NCBI GenBank assembly: GCA_036493155.1
Contig: DASXQE010000106.1
Location: forward strand, 299-64,298
DNA length: 64,000 bases
Direction: 5' to 3'
Source of the DNA: Candidatus Limnocylindrales bacterium
Lineage (GTDB): Bacteria; Chloroflexota; Limnocylindria; Limnocylindrales; CSP1-4
Shown here: piece after piece, positions 59,781-64,000 of the stretch
Numbering within the stretch: the first letter of the stretch is position 1
Layout: the number at the start of each line of letters is the position of its first letter
Program-made: the position numbers and the translations under genes
The notes under the pieces: generated by a model
The model's input: only the letters and a program-made list of their open reading frames with translations
What the model was told of the DNA's origin: nothing
The model's database searches: none

Positions 59781-60282
59781 CGAGGGCGGCCGCGTCGGCT
59801 GGCGTGGCGGACGCGGCCGGGGGCGGCTCGGGCGTCGTGCCGGGCGGCTCCGCCTCGGGACCGTTGGCCTCCAGCTCGGCCTTGATCGCCTCGAGCTCGA
59901 GGCGAGCCATCTCCCGGCGGACCTCGGCGGAAGGCGGGGCGAGCGACTCCGGGCCGGCGCCGGTGAGGGCCTGCCCGCCGCCGGCCGGTGGGGTCATGCC
60001 CAGTGCCAGCAGCGGATCGGCATCGGGCAGCGGCTCGAGATCGCCCGCCAGCCAGCTGACCAGGCGGTTCGGCGGCTTGATCGGCTTCCTGGCTGCCGTG
60101 ATCGGGTCGATGCTGGTGACGCCCGGGATCGCCGGCTCGGCCTCGGCCGGTGCCATCGCGGTGACGGCCGCGCCGCAGGTGGGACAGGTGGTCGCGCCGG
60201 CAGGCAGGACCGTGGAGCACCACGGGCACTGGGGCGCAGGATCCAGGCCGCCCCCGGTCGTCGGATCGGTCACGTCGGACAC
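59737..60282 (-). CDS. zinc-ribbon protein with Pro-rich linker and coiled-coil C-terminus
   Basis: CPWCSTVL…CPTCGAAV ribbon. A GTG start at 60282 or 60273 lies 13 nt downstream of the guaA stop. Confidence 0.45.
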   Translation of the reverse strand: MSDVTDPTTGGGLDPAPQCPWCSTVLPAGATTCPTCGAAVTAMAPAEAEPAIPGVTSIDPITAARKPIKPPNRLVSWLAGDLEPLPDADPLLALGMTPPAGGGQALTGAGPESLAPPSAEVRREMARLELEAIKAELEANGPEAEPPGTTPEPPPAASATPADAAALDASPRSVDEGGASA

Positions 60283-60295
60283 TCTACCCCGTCCC

Positions 60296-61858
60296 TCACT
60301 CCCATTCGATCGTCGCCGGCGGCTTCGATGAGATGTCGTAGACGACGCGGTTGACACCGCGCACCTCGTTGACGATCCGTGACGAGATCTTGCCGAGGAC
60401 GTCGTACGGCAGCTTCGCCCAGTCGGCGGTCATGCCGTCCTCCGACGTCACGGCCCGGATCGCGACCACGTTGGCGTACGTCCGGTAGTCGCCCATGACC
60501 CCGACGCTCTGGACCGGCGTCAGGATCGCGAAGCTCTGCCACAGGCTGCGGTACAGGCCCGCGGCCTTGACCTCGTCGATGACGATCCAGTCGGCCTCGC
60601 GGAGGATGTCGAGGCGCTCGGCGGTGACCTCGCCGATGACCCGGATCGCGAGGCCGGGCCCGGGGAAGGGCTGGCGATGGACCATCGCGTCGGGCAGCCC
60701 GAGCTCGGTGCCGACCGCCCGGACCTCGTCCTTGAAGAGGTACCGCAAGGGCTCGATGAGCTTGAACCGGAGATCCGCCGGCAGGCCGCCGACGTTGTGG
60801 TGGGTCTTGATCTTCTGGGCGGTCTTCGTCTCCGCGGTGGCGCTCTCGATGACGTCGGGGTAGAGCGTGCCCTGGGTCAGGAACGCGATCCGGGCGCCGC
60901 CCGCCTCGATCCGCGCGGCCTCCTCCTCGAAGACCCGGATGAACTCGTCGCCGATGATCCGGCGCTTCTGCTCGGGATCGACGACTCCGGCCAGCCTGGC
61001 GAGGAAGCGCTCGCGGGCATCGACCATGACGAGGTTCATGCCGAGGTGGCGCTGGAACGTCTCACGGAGGAGCTCCGACTCCTTCTTGCGCATCAGCCCG
61101 TGGTCGACGTAGATGCACGTCAGGCGGTCCCCGACGGCGCGGTGGACGAGCGCCGCGGCGACGGCCGAGTCCACCCCGCCCGACAGGGCGCAGATGACCT
61201 TGCCGTCGGAGCCCGTCTCGCGAGCGTGGCGGTCCACCCGGTCCCGGATGTCGGCCACGGTCGACTCGATGAAGTTCGCCGGGGTCCAGGCGGGGCTGAT
61301 CCCGGCGATCCCCACGACGAAGTTCCGGAGGACCGCGCGACCCTTCGGCGTGTGGGCCACCTCGGGATGGAACTGGATCCCGTAGAGGTGGCGATCCGGC
61401 GACTCGAGGCCGGCGAACGGCGTCGAGCCGCTCTCGGCCGTGGAGCGGAAGCCCTCCGGCAGGCGGGTGATGGAGTCGCCGTGGCTCATCCACACGGGCT
61501 GCTCGCGTTCGATGCCGTCGAACAGCCCGTTCTCGCTCGTCACCGTGACGGTCGCCGGGCCGTATTCCCGCTTCGAGGTCAGGGCGACCTCGCCGCCGAG
61601 CTCGTGGGCCATCAGCTGCGCGCCGTAGCAGATCCCGAGCACCGGGAGCCGGCCTGACCAGATCGAGGCATCCGCGCGCGGAGCGCCATCGTCGTAGACG
61701 CTGTTCGGGCCGCCGCTCAGGATGACCGCACGGACGCCGCGCGCCTCCAGGTCGGCCAGCGGCGTGTCGTGCGGCAGGAGCTCCGAGTAGACGTTCAGCT
61801 CGCGGACGCGGCGGGCGATCAGCTGGGCGAACTGGCTGCCGAAGTCCAGGACGGCCAC
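60296..61858 (-). CDS. guaA: GMP synthase (glutamine-hydrolysing)
   Basis: GATase ([16 protein letters not shown]), ATP-PPase P-loop ([10 protein letters not shown]) and a dimerisation C-terminus. Start chosen at GTG 61858 (VAVLDFG). The track ORF extends to 62050. Confidence 0.9.
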   Translation of the reverse strand: MAVLDFGSQFAQLIARRVRELNVYSELLPHDTPLADLEARGVRAVILSGGPNSVYDDGAPRADASIWSGRLPVLGICYGAQLMAHELGGEVALTSKREYGPATVTVTSENGLFDGIEREQPVWMSHGDSITRLPEGFRSTAESGSTPFAGLESPDRHLYGIQFHPEVAHTPKGRAVLRNFVVGIAGISPAWTPANFIESTVADIRDRVDRHARETGSDGKVICALSGGVDSAVAAALVHRAVGDRLTCIYVDHGLMRKKESELLRETFQRHLGMNLVMVDARERFLARLAGVVDPEQKRRIIGDEFIRVFEEEAARIEAGGARIAFLTQGTLYPDVIESATAETKTAQKIKTHHNVGGLPADLRFKLIEPLRYLFKDEVRAVGTELGLPDAMVHRQPFPGPGLAIRVIGEVTAERLDILREADWIVIDEVKAAGLYRSLWQSFAILTPVQSVGVMGDYRTYANVVAIRAVTSEDGMTADWAKLPYDVLGKISSRIVNEVRGVNRVVYDISSKPPATIEWE

Positions 61859-62059
61859 GGTGCCGCTGGTCTCGGCCGGATGGTCTGCGGCGGCACGTGA
61901 CGGCGCCGGGGCATTGAGCGCCGTTTCGAGGTAGGCCTCGACCTCCGCGTCGTCGGGAGCGAGGACGCGATGGCCGGCGTTGGCGGCCTCGCCATGGACG
62001 GTCTTGCCCTTGCCGTCCCCGGAGCCTCCGCCCGCCGCCGCGCCCGCCACGCCCGAAGT

Positions 62060-62446
62060 CTACCGGCCGGTCTGGGTGCCGGAGGACCGCCCGCCGGAGG
62101 AGCCCCGGAGGCGGAAGGCGGGCCCGTGGCCGAGCCGCTCGGCCGGGGTGCCGTACTTGAGGATCAGCGCGACGATCGCGCGGCTGGCATCGGCGCCGTC
62201 GAGGCGCTCCGCGCGCCGGTCGGTCGACCGATCCTCGATCTCGAGGCGGCAGGCTGGCTCGGCATCCAGGTTGCGTGCCCAGTCGGCCTCGGGGCTGCCG
62301 GCGGCCACGAGGACCGCCCCGTCAGCTTCCTCGACGAAGCCCACGGCCGTGACGACGCGGCGGCCGGACGCCCGGCCCCTGGTCTCGATCCGCGCGACCT
62401 TGCCCCAGCTCGCGAGCTGCTCGCCGACGTCGTCGGCGGGCGCCAT
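62060..62446 (-). CDS. deazaflavin (F420)-dependent nitroreductase family protein (DDN/DUF385-like)
   Basis: 128 aa. IETRGRASGRRVVTAVGFVEEADGAVLVAAGSPEADWARNL matches the PNPOx-like split-barrel DDN family. Confidence 0.65.
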   Translation of the reverse strand: MAPADDVGEQLASWGKVARIETRGRASGRRVVTAVGFVEEADGAVLVAAGSPEADWARNLDAEPACRLEIEDRSTDRRAERLDGADASRAIVALILKYGTPAERLGHGPAFRLRGSSGGRSSGTQTGR

Positions 62447-62451
62447 CGCGC

Positions 62452-63636
62452 TCAGCGACCGCGCTGCTGCCAGGACTTGCCTTCGGTCGCGACGGCAGGC
62501 GCGTAGACCAGCTCGACCCGCTGCATGTCGGCGATCGTCCGGGCGCCGAGGGCGGCCATCGACTGGCGAAGCGCGCCCATCAGGTTCTGGGAGCCGTCGG
62601 TCACGGATGCGGGCCCGTTCAGGATCAGCTCCAGCGAGCCTGCGGTCCCGACCTTGATCCGTGTCCCGCGCGGCAGGACCGGCGACGGGGCCGCCATGCC
62701 CCAGTTGACGCCTCGGCCCGGCGCCTCGGCTGCCCGAGCCAGGGGCGACCCGAGCATCAGGGCATCGGCCCCGGCGGCGATCGCCTTGGCCAACTCGCCG
62801 CCGCGGCGCATCCCGCCGTCGGCCACCACGGGGACGTACCGGCCGTTTCGGTCCAGGAAGGCATCGCGGGCTGCGGCGACGTCGGCGATCGCGGTGACCT
62901 GGGGGATGCCGATCCCGAGGACCTCGCGCGTGGTGCACGCGGCACCCGGCCCGACTCCGACGAAGACCGCCGCAGCGCCCTGCTCCATGAGGCGGTACGC
63001 CGCTTCCGCGTTGGTCGTGTTGCCGACCGCGACGGGGATCGGCATGAAGCGGGTGAAGTCCGCCAGCGACAGCGGGTCGTAGCCGGTGGCGAGGTGGCGG
63101 GCGCTGCTGACCTGGGACTGGACGAGGAACAGGTCGGCGCCATGCTCGGCGCAGAACGGCCCCCACTTCCGCGCGGCGCCCGGGGTCGCCGCGACGGCGG
63201 CCTTGGAGCCGGCAGCGTGGGTCTCCTCGATCCGGCGGGCCACGAGCTCTTCGCGGATCGGGGCGGCGTACGCCTGGGCGAGGATCTCGTGGACCTGGTC
63301 GTCCGGCGCCGCGATGACCTTGTCGAGGATGGCCCGGGGGTCGTCGTAGCGGGTCTGGACGCCCTCGAGGTTGAGGATCGCCAGGCCGCCCAACCGGGCG
63401 AGCGCCCCGGCGAAGGCCGGGTCGACGACGGCATCCATCGCGGAGCCGATCACGGGGATGGCGAGGTCGATGCCGCAGAAGACCTGGCCGAGCTCGACGT
63501 CGGCCGGCTCGACCGTCTCGAGACCTGGGGCCAGCGAGACGTCCTCGAAGCCGTACGTCGGGCGCAGCCGATCGACCTTCGAGTGGAACGTGGGCAGCCG
63601 CTCGAGCGCGGGTTGCGCGGTGGGTTGTTCGATCAC
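62452..63636 (-). CDS. IMP dehydrogenase-family protein lacking CBS pair (GuaB3-like)
   Basis: TIM-barrel IMPDH blocks (GFEDVSLAPG, VGVGPGAACTTREVLGIGIPQ, VVADGGMRRGGELAKAIAAGAD). GTG start at 63636 after GAGGAGG. Confidence 0.8.
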   Translation of the reverse strand: MIEQPTAQPALERLPTFHSKVDRLRPTYGFEDVSLAPGLETVEPADVELGQVFCGIDLAIPVIGSAMDAVVDPAFAGALARLGGLAILNLEGVQTRYDDPRAILDKVIAAPDDQVHEILAQAYAAPIREELVARRIEETHAAGSKAAVAATPGAARKWGPFCAEHGADLFLVQSQVSSARHLATGYDPLSLADFTRFMPIPVAVGNTTNAEAAYRLMEQGAAAVFVGVGPGAACTTREVLGIGIPQVTAIADVAAARDAFLDRNGRYVPVVADGGMRRGGELAKAIAAGADALMLGSPLARAAEAPGRGVNWGMAAPSPVLPRGTRIKVGTAGSLELILNGPASVTDGSQNLMGALRQSMAALGARTIADMQRVELVYAPAVATEGKSWQQRGR

Positions 63637-63676
63637 GGCCGGCACCCTCCTCGGCGGCAGATGGGTGCGCGTCAGT

Positions 63677-64000
63677 CTAGCGCCTGAGCCGGAAGGCCTT
63701 GGCCTTGTCGGGTCGTGCGACCAACCACGCGACCGTGTCGATCGCGCGCTCGTAGGCCGGCCACACGACCAGCGCCCGTGCCGCGGCCGGGTCGAGCCAG
63801 CGCTGGTCGTCGTGCTCGTCCGACAGCTGCACGTCGGCGTCGGCTCTGACCCGCGCGGCGAAGACCGCTTCGCACAGCAGGGCATCGAGCGAGGCCTCGT
63901 GGAACCAGTTGACGATGTCGGTCTCGAAGACGGCCTCGAGGTCCGCCGCGACCAGGCCGGTCTCCTCGGCGACCTCGCGCAGCGCGCCGTCGACGATCCG
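63677..64000 (-). CDS. NUDIX hydrolase (partial, N-terminus beyond window end)
   Basis: Reverse translation gives the Nudix box GALREVAEETGL followed by a C-terminal tail. Stop is TAG at 63677. Confidence 0.55.
   Translation of the reverse strand, partial: RIVDGALREVAEETGLVAADLEAVFETDIVNWFHEASLDALLCEAVFAARVRADADVQLSDEHDDQRWLDPAAARALVVWPAYERAIDTVAWLVARPDKAKAFRLRR

Noticed and set aside
1-64000. CRISPR arrays, transposases, prophage genes
   Set aside because: No regularly spaced direct repeats and no transposase, integrase or phage structural motifs were found.

Overview
This window is a gene-dense, very high-GC chromosomal segment (roughly 70% by eye), with about 57 features and short intergenic gaps. 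Almost every long ORF has an antisense or frame-shifted shadow ORF; these were assigned by protein family signatures. Gene content points to a high-GC Gram-positive, probably an actinobacterium. The clues are F420-type enzymes (an LLM oxidoreductase and a DDN-like nitroreductase), ResB, a guaB3-guaA region, MreBC and teichoic-acid-type genes. From left to right: a partial MFS transporter, a PAS protein, glnA with an adjacent PucR-type regulator, an orphan ResB, and a membrane GGDEF cyclase. Then come Lrp, an F420/LLM oxidoreductase, a KcsA-like K+ channel (TIGYGD) convergent with a three-gene signalling operon (HD-GYP response regulator, GAF hybrid histidine kinase, single REC), and a fluoride riboswitch driving crcB-DUF190. 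Next are an ABC-2 pair, tRNA-Pro(TGG), a methyltransferase/AlgJ-like/MBOAT trio, rdgB-rph-mazG and a PrsA-like PPIase. The dominant feature is a ~19 kb cell-wall glycopolymer (teichoic/teichuronic-acid-like) biosynthesis and export cluster at 26.4-45.1 kb. It holds an FkbM methyltransferase, three GT4s (two with long N-terminal extensions), two TagF-like CDP-glycerol glycerophosphotransferases, a Bcs1-like fused cytidylyltransferase-SDR and a GT-C-like membrane protein. It also holds WecB, a WecC-like UDP-ManNAc dehydrogenase, Ugd, a GT2 and a TagG/TagH exporter. Downstream are a 15-residue-repeat protein, a Ppm1-like polyprenol-phosphate mannose synthase, a 801-aa secreted multidomain protein, mreC-mreB, a ~1000-aa LAL/LuxR regulator, radC and a polysaccharide deacetylase. 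The window ends with a CPBP protease, a run of small zinc-ribbon and membrane proteins, guaA, a DDN-family protein, a guaB3-like gene and a partial NUDIX gene. No CRISPR array, rRNA, integrase or transposase was seen.
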